Shown here piece after piece: positions 12,603 to 25,170 of a DNA stretch of 64,000 bases. The DNA is from Isurus oxyrinchus. Its lineage: Eukaryota. Made by a program: the position numbers and the translations under genes. The number at the start of each line of letters is the position of its first letter. The stretch's first letter is position 1. Where the stretch lies: assembly GCA_026770705.1 (NCBI GenBank), contig JANJGN010000036.1:3906001-3970000 (forward strand). The letters are read 5' to 3'. The notes beneath the pieces are model-generated. The model made no database searches. It saw nothing but the letters and a program-made list of their open reading frames with translations, and was not told the origin of the DNA.

Positions 12603-12773
12603 NNNNNNNNNNNNNNNNNNNNNNNNNNNNNNNNNNNNNNNNNNNNNNNNNNNNNNNNNNNNNNNNNNNNNNNNNNNNNNNNNNNNNNNNNNNNNNNNNN
12701 NNNNNNNNNNNNNNNNNNNNNNNNNNNNNNNNNNNNNNNNNNNNNNNNNNNNNNNNNNNNNNNNNNNNNNNNN
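12603..12773. other. Assembly gap
   Basis: N run. Confidence 1.
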
Positions 12774-14039
12774 TCTAGCTAGTGGGTCATCTGGGTCATA
12801 CCGATATCCTGCAAACTGCGAAACAACACATGATAGAATTTTGGCAACATTATGTAAAACTAGTATGTGGAGGAGCCGGCAACTTTGGGCTGAAGGAGGA
12901 ATATTTGCAATGCGAACAGTTTTTGTGCTTGCTAATGCCCACCACAACAACATTTCACAAGTGCATTCTCCACTCCTCTCTCAGGCCATGTGGTGCAGCA
13001 TTTCTTCTTGCTTCCCGCTCCATCTGCTGGACCAGTTCCCCAAATCCTGCAAGGAACCATACCCAAACCACCTGGAACTCCCGATCTCCATCAACTGCCT
13101 CCTGAAAATGCCTGCAAGTCCTGAGTCAATGTGCTTGCCTCTCTTCATGAGCTCACCCTGCTAGGATTCTTCACCATTTACCTTCCATGAGTCAGCGCTG
13201 AAGAATAGGTTGTTCCACGGTGTTTCTCCGAGGGGTGCGTAAAGTGACCCTGTTCACTGGGCATTGCAGGGAAGGTGGATTAAGTGATCGATTCGGGTTT
13301 CAGTAAGCTAATCAGCGTCATTTAATCTAAGAAGGAACTCTACCTAATGGAAAATGACCTCCAGTTGGTCGAGGTGGGTTAATATTTTCAGCTGGTGTAT
13401 TGAATTGAAGAGCTGTATCAGTTCGAGCGGCTGTTTGAGTATGAAGCACAGTATAATTTTGTGGAATTTCAGAAACTTGAGGAGTTGTATTAGTTTGACA
13501 GCTAATTCAGTTTAACCCTGTAGTGCACAAACACGATTTTCAGAATCCAACATTGGGAATTGTCGAACTGAATGGCTGCAGTGAAATAGGGCAGCCAAAT
13601 CCCAGAGCACTTGACAATCAGACTTGATAGGGCAAGCTAAGTTTCGAAAGGCAATTGTTGGCTAACGACAGCAGAATAAAGTGCATCACTGAGACAGAAT
13701 GAAATGTATAAATTTGTTGGAATGAATTCACCATGTCTTTGTGTCAATGTTGTCTATTTTCTTTACTTAATTAGTAACATTGGAATTTAGACGTTTTGGA
13801 ATTTTTTTCCAAAGCAGACACTGTACAAAATATATTCTGTCAAAACAAGGGTATAGGTTGATGTCGTAAAACGTTTGTGGAAGCAGAAGCACAAAACATT
13901 TGAACAATGGTGTAAAGTGAGTGTCCCTTGGAGATACCCAATTGTATAAATTAAACCCTTTGGGAATGTATTGCTCTAGTGGTTAATTCAGACACATTGC
14001 CTGCAGCGCGAAGCAACAGATCACTTCACACAAAAGATC

Positions 14040-14103
14040 ATGAACACATTTTACAATTTCTGGAAAATATATAACACGATTCTTGCCATCATTTGTCTTC
14101 CTG
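14040..14103 (+). pseudogene. Orphan first coding exon resembling the GPR139/142-like class A GPCRs expanded in sharks
   Basis: ATG..MNTFYNFWKIYNTILAIICLP G|gtaagt matches, from memory, the N-terminus/TM1 exon with a phase-1 intron of this family. No second exon was recognised. Confidence 0.45.
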
Positions 14104-17099
14104 GTAAGTTACTCTAACCATTGGCGCTGTGCAGTATTTCTGGAGTTACTCTGTGACTGATAATGTCACATGCTCTTTTAGTTGTGACAGTTATCCGCAC
14201 ATCCGTCCAGAGATATCACTTAATTAGTTCAAAAATCATGAATGATCTCCGAGACTTTATTCCATTGCCTCACTTGAAAATGTGCCTTTGTTTATAGCTC
14301 CCAGGATCTCCAAATTATCCAGTTATTGATTCTTTTGAGAATTGCTTCGTGTTGATTCAGACCTCAGTGCAGACATGGCCCTGAGGGAACTCTGCAGGGC
14401 AGTCTCAGTCAGTGCGATTTCATACTGCTAAGGTCCACTAAATGGAATGAAGCAAACGACCCCAGCTACCGTGTATCAAGGAGAGTATCTGTCACTGTAG
14501 AACTGCACTTAGGATCATTTAATCATGAAAAGTTTACTGCACAGAAAGAGACAACTTGGCCCATCTTACCTGCGCAGGCCAAAAAACGAGCCACACTAGG
14601 AGCCACCCTCAGCGTGGGATTAACAGGGCGTTTGGACCTGAATGCATGGGACATGTGTCACTGGGGGCATGTATCAGTGCACAGCTCTTCAGTGCAGCCT
14701 TCGTGGAACATCTGACCCCAGTGGCCAAATGATGTATTATCAGAAGTCGAAGCATCTGAAGAACTGTTTAGAACGTGGGTCCGCACCTGGCTGGGACGCC
14801 TGATGCTGGTGCCTGTGCATTATGGAGAGTAGAAACTCAGTAAATGCTGAAAATGTTCAACAAGTCGGGCAGCATTTGCAGAGAGAGAAACAGACCTTCG
14901 AGTCAAATATTCGATTCAAAATCTCAACTCTGTTTCGCCCTCCACGATTATTGTCAGACCTTTTGTGTATTTCCTGCACTTTCTATTTTGTTTCAGGTTT
15001 GCAGCATCCAAAGTGATTTGTTTTCATTGCTGGGAGCATGCTTCTTTGTAGAGCTGAGCTCAGTGAGGTTCCCTAACGGGGAACACCTGACTCCAGTGAC
15101 CATCTATTACTGGGAGTGTTTATGATTGTACATTTATAATCAGGACGTGACAGGAAACTGAGCAGGAAACCTGATCCGTGTGAGCATGTTTTCTTGGGAG
15201 TTCTTATCATTGCGAAATTGTCCTGAGGGTGGCTCGCTAACTGCAATGAAGGAAATTGAATTAAGTGTGGGTCCCAACTGATGTGAAGCAATTTAGTTAC
15301 ACCTTAAATCATTCTTTCAGGCGACTGAACGCACTGGATGTACTTTTGTATTTTGTTATGATGGGAAAAGGGAAGCGACTTGCTGTTCGTTGATGTTTAG
15401 CAATAAGTTTATAAATTGTAATGTATTGGTGCTGCTCCGTTCCCATTCAAATGTACTTTTAATTATTGATTAACGGATAAGCAGCAGAAGAGCAATGTTA
15501 CACTATCTAATTCCTCTTTAAATTTATGTATTGTTCGCATATGTATAGTGATTCTAAAGAGTGTAGTGGCTTTGGTGCCTATTCACAGAACGCTAGCCCT
15601 GGCCCAGTGCAGAAAAGTCAGAGAGTTTATGGTCACGTGTGCTTAAGTATATTCTCTTTCGAGCACAGGGTGCAAATGGGAGCTGTTTCTTAATTATCTC
15701 AGCCCTGTGACTGATTAAGTTTTCCTAAACCAGATCTTATGTCTGATTAAGGGTCTCGATACATGTAACCAGCATGTCATCCGCTTGTAGTTCAGTGAGG
15801 TGTGTCCGTGTGAGGAGACACTCATAGAAATGAAGAACATAGATTTCATGTTTTCACAATTTAGGGAATAGCGAGTTGATAGTAAAAATTAAGTTGGTAA
15901 ACCGTAAATATTGTAATAATTGTTGCACTACATCAATAAATATAACTTTTCAAGTTACAAAAGAACTGAAAACCCTATATGTTAGAGAGATTCAGTCCTC
16001 GGACTTTCTAGGGAAAGAAGCATCTCTGGAGTTCGCTCTTTTATTAATTAGAGAATCTCCTACAATAATTAACTCCACATTACATCTTTCTCCCAAAAGA
16101 TAGTATTTACTCATGTTTCCCCTCTCAATCTCTTTGAAATGTGAAAGTTCTACATTTTATTACTCCTCAGCTGTCTGTTTTCTAGGGAGTAGAGTGACAG
16201 CCAGTTAGTCATCCTACAATTATCATCTTTCGGACATGACATTTTTCTTCAGAATATTATTTGCACATCTGGTAAGTTTCGATCTCTATTTCGTAATATG
16301 AAGACCAGAAATAAAGAACCCTGAACGTAGTATAGTCAGGGTTCCATAAAACATTAAATTTCTTTCCGAGTTTATTCTTCTTTGTCTATAAATGAGCCCC
16401 AGCGCTTTAATCGCGCCTTTATGGTTTTGTTAGCCCTCATTACTAAGTTGAATAACTTGTGACTCTGTTCCCACCGTACACTTTTCGCCATTGTTTACTT
16501 TATGACTTAAATGCCTCATTGTGACCTCCAATATCTTTTAGCTTATATTATGTGTTCGTTCATTTCTTATTTGAGAGGGAAATGCTCCCTCTCAGATTTC
16601 CCTGCCTTTCCTGCATCTGAATCATCAAGCACTGTTTATTCTTCCCCCATTGTCCTACAAAGCTTCTCGCCTTAGAGTTTGAAGTTGCCTTTTGGATGCC
16701 CATTGATAGTTCCACCCATGCCAGTCCGCCCTCTGCGTTTCAAAGGCAAGAAAAGCGAGCTGCCCTTAAACTGCTATAAGGCTGGATCTTTCCTGACCTA
16801 CAACATTCGGTCTTTGCCCAGCCAGTTCCCCTCGACCATCTGCCATGCTTCCATTTCCGAGGACCCCTTTTGTAATGTATTAGTTTGTTTTGGTTTATCT
16901 ACAACCCACTTTAGAAATGTTTCCCTCATTACAGTCTGTACATTGCTCATGTCTCCTGCTTCAACCTTTTCTTTTCCAGCACTATCATGACCATGTCACT
17001 CCCATTCACTTCTTTCACCCTGGCTTGCCTTCACATGATTTGTTTCTGAATCTTCCTTTCCTTCCTTGATTTTTCCATCTCCATTTGAATGGATAGTTT

Positions 17100-17370
17100 T
17101 TCCATCAATATCGGACATCGATGTCAACAGCTACCTTGACCGTGCATCCCAAAACCCCCCTTCTTCTAAGGACTCTCTCCTATCCTGCCAGTTTCTCTGT
17201 CGCATCTTCTTCTTTAGCTGTGATGACAACTTCGACACCATTGCTTCCCAAGTGAAGTATTTTCCCCCACAGCAGAGGTTTGGCCACTTCACTGCGGTGC
17301 GCAGGCCCAGCCGTGTCCATTCTATATTCAACATTGGCTGCCCTCACTCCCTGCCCTTCGAGGCAGAACT
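17100..17370 (+). mobile_element. Penelope-like retroelement fragment
   Basis: NSYLDRASQNPPSSKDSLLSCQFLCRI..DDNFDTIAS resembles the Penelope RT C-terminal region (SYLDY.SSHP..CK.SIP.SQFLRLRRICSD). Confidence 0.55.
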
Positions 17371-18639
17371 TACAGGGGGAGTTCTTGTCCAGGGAGATGT
17401 GTTCCCTTCTGTCTTGTGTTCAAAAACTCCCTCGCTGTCAATACATCTTCTTACAGATCTTTCCACACAGCCAAATGACTGATTCACCTGAAAGTGAGAG
17501 AGAAATAAATTGGTTAGAAATGATCACAAGATACTTTACAAAATGAGGCACAGCAAGAGCCAAAGCTCCGTTTCTCAGTTACATCGTTACTCCCCCTGCA
17601 CCTGCCAATTATCAGCAAATTTCATCTCCCAATCTGCATGTTTACTCATCTAAACCTAACCTGCCCTTAAGAAAACACTATCCAATCAAGAAATATTGTT
17701 GCCCATCCCTCAACGGGAATTCATCACTCAGGCTCCCACCCTAAATATCTTTGTGCTCCCCCTTCTCTGTACCTGCACCAGCCATTAAATACTTTGAGAT
17801 ACTTCTTCTAATTCTCTTCTCTTGCGCATCCCTTATTGTAATTGTTCAAACATTGACTACCAAGCTTTCAGTTGCTTTGAGTCTAAGCTCCATAATTAGT
17901 TTGCCAAACATGTCCGACTCTCTAAATCTGTTATAAGATTTTCCTTAAACTCTGGCTTTTATCAGGTTTCGGGCAATCTGACCTCATACCTACTTGTGTA
18001 GTTTAATATTAAAGAGTTAAACAAAAATCTGTAAGAAATATTGTTTTTATTAAGCGCCTAGGAACATAGGAAGAGGAGAAGACCATTCAACGCTTCGTGC
18101 CTGCTCCGCCATTCAGTACGATCATGGTGGATCAAATACTTCAATGCCATTTAGCCACTCCATTCCCATCACCCGTTACATTATTGGTAACCAGAAACTT
18201 ATCACTCTGAGGGTGTTTTGCTCCATTAAATTAACTTTATAAACGTAAACCCTGACACCAAGAACTCTCTAGGAACAGGCACAGCCTGGAATGCATACAG
18301 ATTGAACTCAATCTAAGCTGTACCATCAATTGTCCTCATGGCAGGAATGAAATTATTTAATTAAAGGCTAAAGCTTCTTTTGCATTTCCCAGTCGAAAGC
18401 CACGGGGGATATAGTATGGCTTCGATGCAGAGAAGCACACCCTGGATCATAACCATTAAAACATGTCTAAGAAATGTAAAGATCTGGACATGTAGTGAGG
18501 TACACTCCACACACAGTGTCACATGGAGCAGTCTCACATCAGTTACCGCATGCACTAACTGCAGATTTAGGTTCCTTTTACACGGTCTAGTTTCTGATAT
18601 CCTATAGTGCCCACTACGCAAAGTTTTCAGGCTCATATA

Positions 18640-18925
18640 AAAATAATTATGAAATTTAAACTTTGGATTCAAATTCAGTGAAATGTATCCACGGGCAGTG
18701 GCAGCAACAGGTCCATTCTTTTACCTCTTTGTTCTCTCGTTGTTCTCTGGATACTGTCAGTTCCTCATCGACGTTCATTTTTCGTGTTAGATAGTAAAAT
18801 TTTAACCAAGCAACAATTGCTACATTTCGCACTGAACCGTCTGAAAGTGTCAATAAACTATTGATAAGTGAATGGATTGAGAGTACCGCGGAGTTGCAGC
18901 GTCTCTCAACAACTGGCAGTTCCAC
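18640..18925 (-). pseudogene. Inverted fragment of a type I gene: cytoplasmic exon (~18725-18783) with flanking introns
   Basis: Encodes KMNVDEELTVSREQRENKE|gt, matching gene A exon 5 (SLNIAEQLTDSGEQRENKE|gt). The acceptor is mutated (cag>cac). Confidence 0.7.
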
Positions 18926-20324
18926 TCCAGCAGCTCCAGGTTTCCCTTATCTAATATTACAGTTTATTATTGCATTTTGCATCTTTATTCAGAATGACAA
19001 CAAAATACGACTCAAATAGTCTTAACAATGCATCTGCGCTCGAGTTACCTACATATTAAAACAGATTTGAAAACCCATGATAGTTCTGTGATTGGAGTTT
19101 TTCTGATGTTTCGGATCACTTACTCCCAGGGTACCGCTGAGACCAATTCATCAAGTCATTTATGGAGCGAATGTTAGCAGGATGGAAATAGGGTAAAGGA
19201 CCGACCCGTGCTGGATGGGGATTGAGTCTGCATTCATATGAAAGCTGCCCTGCGAGTGAATGCTGATCCTTCATTGGTTGTGTCCTGGGAGGGAAAATTG
19301 TCACTTTTACTCTTGGAAGAAGATTATTCCCAATCCATCCACCCTTTTGATAATGCAGTTGAGAAAAGTTTACCGACTAAAATCACTGGCTCGAGGACAC
19401 TTAAAGCACATCAGGAGGCCATTCGGCCAGTCATGCCTATGCGAGCTCATTGAATGTGCACTTTAGTGAGTAAATTTGAAGTGATGTTTCACTGAGATGG
19501 TGTAATATAATTCCATGACGTCTTTCTTTTCATCAATATCAAAACAAAATTAGTCTGCAAACCGTTAGGGCGTTGATTACTGGATATTTTTGTTGGTAAT
19601 TAAATTCTGGTCTGCAGAGTGTCTTATGATTCCTGTTCGTGTCAGATAGAAAGATTTCGAAATTAATACTGGCTTATTCTGCTGTAAAGACCCATTCTGC
19701 ACAGATATTTCGAGAGTATTCGTGAAACTTATTACAAGATACAGATGGAAAAGGTCATTCTGCTGAACACGGTTGATCCCTCCGGCAGGTTTCTGTCATC
19801 CTCATCATGCAGAAAATCTACTTTTTCCTTATAAGTTATCCGGGGCGTTTGCAAACGTTTCCCAAATCTACCTACCCAGTGAAGCATTCATGGTGCTGAT
19901 CATTCTGTGTCTCATCGATCTCCAGACAACAGATCTCATAATATCTTGACCTATTAATCCCAGCGGCACATTGGAGCCATTCAGTCCCTCTGGTTGGAAC
20001 TGGCATTCGATCTGATCATGTCTGAAGATAGGAAATTGAAATAGTTTATGTACGTTATATGTGTATTTTGGGTTGTTGCATCTTTAATTTTACATCTTTA
20101 ATTTTAAGTTTAATTTATGTACTTTTTTCTATTTCTCAATTAAACTGTTAAACCTGGCGTCTAGTTTCATTTTTGAATGAAGGCAGCAGGTCTAAAGCTC
20201 TTTTTGAGTACTTGTATTTCTAGAGGGTGTTATGATTCTTAGAAAGGAGACAATGCCACCACAAGTGTAGGAAGAACAATGATATTACATAGCAATATGG
20301 GTCCAGGGATGGTGGAGGTTCTCG

Positions 20325-20375
20325 CACACATGCGCACGCACACACTTACAGACAAACACACACATGCACAGAGAC

Positions 20376-20414
<39 letters not shown>

Positions 20415-20415
20415 C
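20325..20415. repeat. (CA)n/(GA)n microsatellite
   Basis: Visible directly. Confidence 0.9.
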
Positions 20416-22607
20416 AAAGCAGCAGTTTGAGGTAACTTGAAAGCAGCTGCCAGGGAGAGGATGGAGAACAGAGATAGCAAGTCCCAAACTGAAATTGAAG
20501 CCAAAACGCCAAATCGGCAGTGTGCTGTGAGAAGGGACTGTGGAGAGCAGGTTTCCCAAAATAACCCAAAAGGCACGAGTGAGACATAAACGGAGAAAAG
20601 CCCCAATAAGATGTTCTTGTTTAATTAAAGGCGGGAATCTGGTGTGAAATTGATTGGATATGTCGATTTTCTCATTTTGTCATGCAATGCTACCTGGGGA
20701 GTCACTGCCAGGAAGATCTGCTTAAGCTGCGCCTAAACCTCAGCACCTCACGTGTTTAAAAGGGTACCTGCCAGTGAGGGAGAAACAACATCAGACACTC
20801 ATTCTGCTGCCACCGTAGAATGTGGTTAATGATCTCAATGATCCAATTCACATCCAAGTTTGAGTTTTCTTAAAACGAATGATTAATCTGCTCGGAGGCT
20901 AGTTGAGAGGAAATAGTTAATTAATCCTTCAGAGATTTAATTAAACTGGTTGGAAATTTATAGTGACGGATTCAAATACTCTTATGATGGATTTGTGGAC
21001 TTTAGCCGATCATCACACTCTGGCACTGTTCACTGGTGTAATTTATTCTTCAATAGATCAGGTATAAGATCTTATACATGTGTTGCCCAACATACTGCCT
21101 TCAATTTTGATCATGGATTATTCGGCGAGTGAATCTGATTAACCAATATTCCACCCATGTTAGATACCTGGATGATTCAGGGCATCGCAAAATGCACTTT
21201 AATGGACACCAGGTTGGATGGTTTGCGTCGGGTCACAAAATTCTTGGTCCTGGTTTCGAGGTTATAACTATCAGGAAAGATTGAACAGGCTGGGGCCCTT
21301 TTCCCCAGAAAAGTGGGGTCGAAGGGGGTGACCTCATAGAGGTCTTCAAAATTTTGCGCATATTCGAGAAGGTTGATGTTATGACGATATTCCCACTTGT
21401 GGCAGAGAGACCAGAACTAGGGACCATTAATATAAGATCGTCACTAATGAATCCAATCAGGAATGCAGGAGAAACCTCTGTACACGTACAGTGTGGCAAA
21501 CTTACTCCCAAAAGGATTGGCCGAGGTGAATCGCAGAGATGCATTTAAGGGAGACTCAGCATAAACACACGAGTTCTAAGGGATTGAGGATTAGCTGACG
21601 GTGTGGGTGGAGAGAGGATGGGAGGAATGTCAAGAAGCACCGGGAGAGCAGAGACCAGTGATGTTCCACTTATCCACAGAATTAATTTTGACACAAAGAG
21701 GCAGGTGGCCAGACAGGTTCTGGGTAAAACAGTTACTAAAATAATACCATCATATTCTAGTTTTTTTCAATCTGGTCGGTTTTTGTTAAAATCAGAATAC
21801 ATTTATGTGTTCTGGGTGAATTGAGCAGAACACATGGAATGAGGAGCATTTCCACTCTGCCCACGCAAATGTCATCAGCAGGCGTGTTGTTGAGTTCAGC
21901 AGCACTGCCTTTTGTCTCCAGCGTGCACCAACCTGGACTGCGCACCGCCTGTGACGCCTGTTTACCACTGTTTTTAGCGTGTTGGCCTTTGCAGGCAGAG
22001 CCGTGTGTGGTCTCCTAGTTTATAAACAGGAAACACTCAGCTACAATTTACACTGCTCTGAACTTTCCAGTGAGCTATTTTTAAACCTTTCGCGTAATTT
22101 CAGCAACATATGCATTTTCAGCACGCCTTCCGAGCCCGGGGCCGAGAACAAAGGCGCCCGAGAGAAGAGACGTTGAAAATCTCACAACAGCCGGCCCTGG
22201 ATCGGAGACCGAGAGCTTGTTAATGCCCTGTGCGTTGCTGCATCTGTTTCCAGGTTTGTGCCTTCTTCACTACTTAGTCTGGATGGGTTAAGACCACTGA
22301 AATAGTCAGCCAAGTAGAAAATTATCCCCATGTCTACATTCTATAATATTAGCTTTCTGTTCAAGGACTGTGTTATTCCCACCTGCTCAAAATTGATCAA
22401 ATATTAACATTCTTCAATCTATCGGATCTGATGTTCAAACGAGATCCTTTGTCTCTTTGGGATGCAGTGTCCCAGGACCACTATTAGCAGGGGAACGAAG
22501 GTGTGGAAGGGTGGGGGTAGGGGGGCGGTGGAGTAGCCCCGGGTCCGTAGGGAAAATATTTATCACACAAACCATATAATTAAAAGCGCGACCTGGGTCA
22601 TAGTTAC

Positions 22608-22715
22608 TTTCTTATTTGTGGGCCTTGCTTTGTGTCATGACGGCTGCGGCGTTTCCAACAGAATAACAGAGGCTCCACTTCAAAAAAAAGTCCTTCATTG
22701 TCTCTGATGCGCCTC
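22608..22715 (+). mobile_element. Deu-domain SINE (AmnSINE/SacSINE-like) remnant; similar remnants at ~8960-9050, 43350-43440 and 29710-29870 (-)
   Basis: tttgtgggccttgctttgtg..ggctgcggcgtttccaaca..cacttcaaaa matches the Deu-SINE core as I recall it. Confidence 0.5.
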
Positions 22716-25039
22716 CTTTTCCCTCTTGTTCGTGTTAATATTTGAAATTTAACCCTCAATATTTTACTCCATTAGCATGTATTAACCAATCAATTAACGG
22801 TCTATTATATATTTTACTATTGTACTCGTTTCCTCATAACAAAACTTTCCTCGCTCTCTAGCATAACAGAACCCATAGTGTTCATTTTGTACCTCACAGT
22901 TATTGTATCGCAGGAATTCTTGTCTCAGACTCTGTAGGTTCAGAGTCCCTAGCTTGGAAGGAAGTCAAGGTGTATTGTGAAACGGCTCAATTGGCGGTGG
23001 TGTGGAGGGGACGGTCGACTGGAAAAACCGAACCAGTGGACGCATCTGTAACTAGTTTACACCGTGATAGGATGCAACTCTCCAACCGGGAGCTATTCGG
23101 GAGAGCTTTACGAGAGTGGACTCTCTATTCAAGAAATATTGCAGTGGTCCATGCCAGTGATTAGGGAATGTATGAATGTGCAGCTAAGAAGCTCAGTGAG
23201 ACGTCTTTTACGTTTGGAAATGGTTCAAAATTGTTGATCAAAGGTACATATTACCATTATTTTAAACAGTCCATTATCAATAACCAGGAAGTTATGGCCA
23301 ATAGTGATCGAATCTCAACGCCCGATCCCACCACTTTCTCCAATAATCAACCTTCGAACTCCATCCCCATCTGAAATTCCTTCGACCTTTCGGTGTGCTT
23401 AGTAAAGTCTGTGGGTCCCGATTCCTTTGCCCTCCACTGGAATGATTCCGAGCGGGATCCCCAGGGACAGAGCGATTCCAGGACAATCGAGCCGGACGGG
23501 ACCTACCCAATCAGGAGTTACATAATTCTCTGGGCGGAAAATTGAAGCAGCGGCGCTCTCTGTCCTTGCGCCGTTCAAATCAACTGCAGTGAAAATCTTC
23601 CAAGTGAAAGTGCCTCATTGCAGAGAGGTAGCTGCTAACAGTTACCTCGTGCATTTAATGTGCGACCTTTGTGTTAGCAATATCTGTTTCTACATTTGAA
23701 CTCAACCCTTTATGTGTCCATGAATCATTTCCTGACCTCTTACACCGCTCTCATGTAGCTCATCATTTCAGTGTTTAGCTTTCTGCATTTCAAGTCCAAC
23801 TGTCTCGCTGCGATAAAAGTGTGTGGTGAGGAATAAAACGTTTTCACGCACCAATCATTAAATAAAACCCCAATTTTCTCTTTACAACTTTCTCGTTTCC
23901 TTTATGACATTATCTGTATCCCATAGAGCTGAGCTTCCAACATCTACACAGTGCATTCTGCCCTTTGGCTCACTGCTGGTGTTTCTACTCCACATGAACC
24001 TCCTCCCACCATTCTTCATGTCACCCCATTAAGATACCCTTCTATTCCCTTCTCCCTCATGTGTTTATACAACGTCACCCATCAATCCTTCTCTATAATT
24101 CACCTCAACCACACCTTATGCGAACGAGCTCCACCTTCTCCCCACTCTCTGATTAAAGAGGTTTCTCCTGAGTTCCCGTTGGAATTATTAGCGACAATCT
24201 GACATTGATGTCTTCTAGTTCTGCTGTCCCTCAAAAAGTTCTAATACTTTCTCTACACCTGCCCGAGAAATTTTTCACAGCCTGAAAATCCTCATCTGGT
24301 CACCCTACAGTCTTCTCTTTTCTCTAAGAAAAAATAGATTTCAGCCTGTTCAAACTTTCCTGACTGCTATAACCTCTTAGTTTTGGTGTCATTCCAGTAA
24401 ACCTTTTCTTTTTCGCACCGTCCCCCGTGCCTGTACATTCTTTTAATCAGATAGAGAAGAGAATTGTTCACAGGGCTCTAAGTGTCTCAAGCTAAGTTAT
24501 GATATTGGTTTAATGCCGCCTTTCTTAGTTTCATTGTTGGGCCTGATTTTGTAACACCTCATTGGCCTCTGTCACTACTTTCAATGATTTTTGTGTCTAT
24601 ACTTCAGAATCCTCTGCTCCTCTATCCGATTTAAACTCTTATTTTCGAGTTAGTGAGTAGCCCAAACTCTATCACTATGTCTAACCCAACCCCCAATCCT
24701 TATCCTTCCTAGCTAAACGGTCTCCATATAACGTTTCATCCAAGACAAAGGAAAGGAATCCGTTGGATGACTAGAAGCTAGTTAGCCTCTCAGGCGTGGC
24801 GGAAAAATGCTTAGCATCAAATAAGTTGGTGAGAATTTATAAATGGATGGGTTCTTTAAGGACACCAGGCACGGATTTATGAACACTTGGTCATGCTTAA
24901 CAAAATACAGAGAGGCAATTCTTTCAAGAAGTGTCCGACTGGACAATTAAAGAGAATGCAGTGGATAGAACATGCATGGAGTTCCACAAGGCCTTCATGT
25001 GTTTTTGATTTGTAAATGTATTTACGTATCTCTCAACCG

Positions 25040-25170
25040 NNNNNNNNNNNNNNNNNNNNNNNNNNNNNNNNNNNNNNNNNNNNNNNNNNNNNNNNNNNNN
25101 NNNNNNNNNNNNNNNNNNNNNNNNNNNNNNNNNNNNNNNNNNNNNNNNNNNNNNNNNNNNNNNNNNNNNN
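25040..25170. other. Assembly gap
   Basis: N run. Confidence 1.

Noticed and set aside
12514-13164. Long ORFs of 216 and 131 aa
   Set aside because: They run through N gaps.
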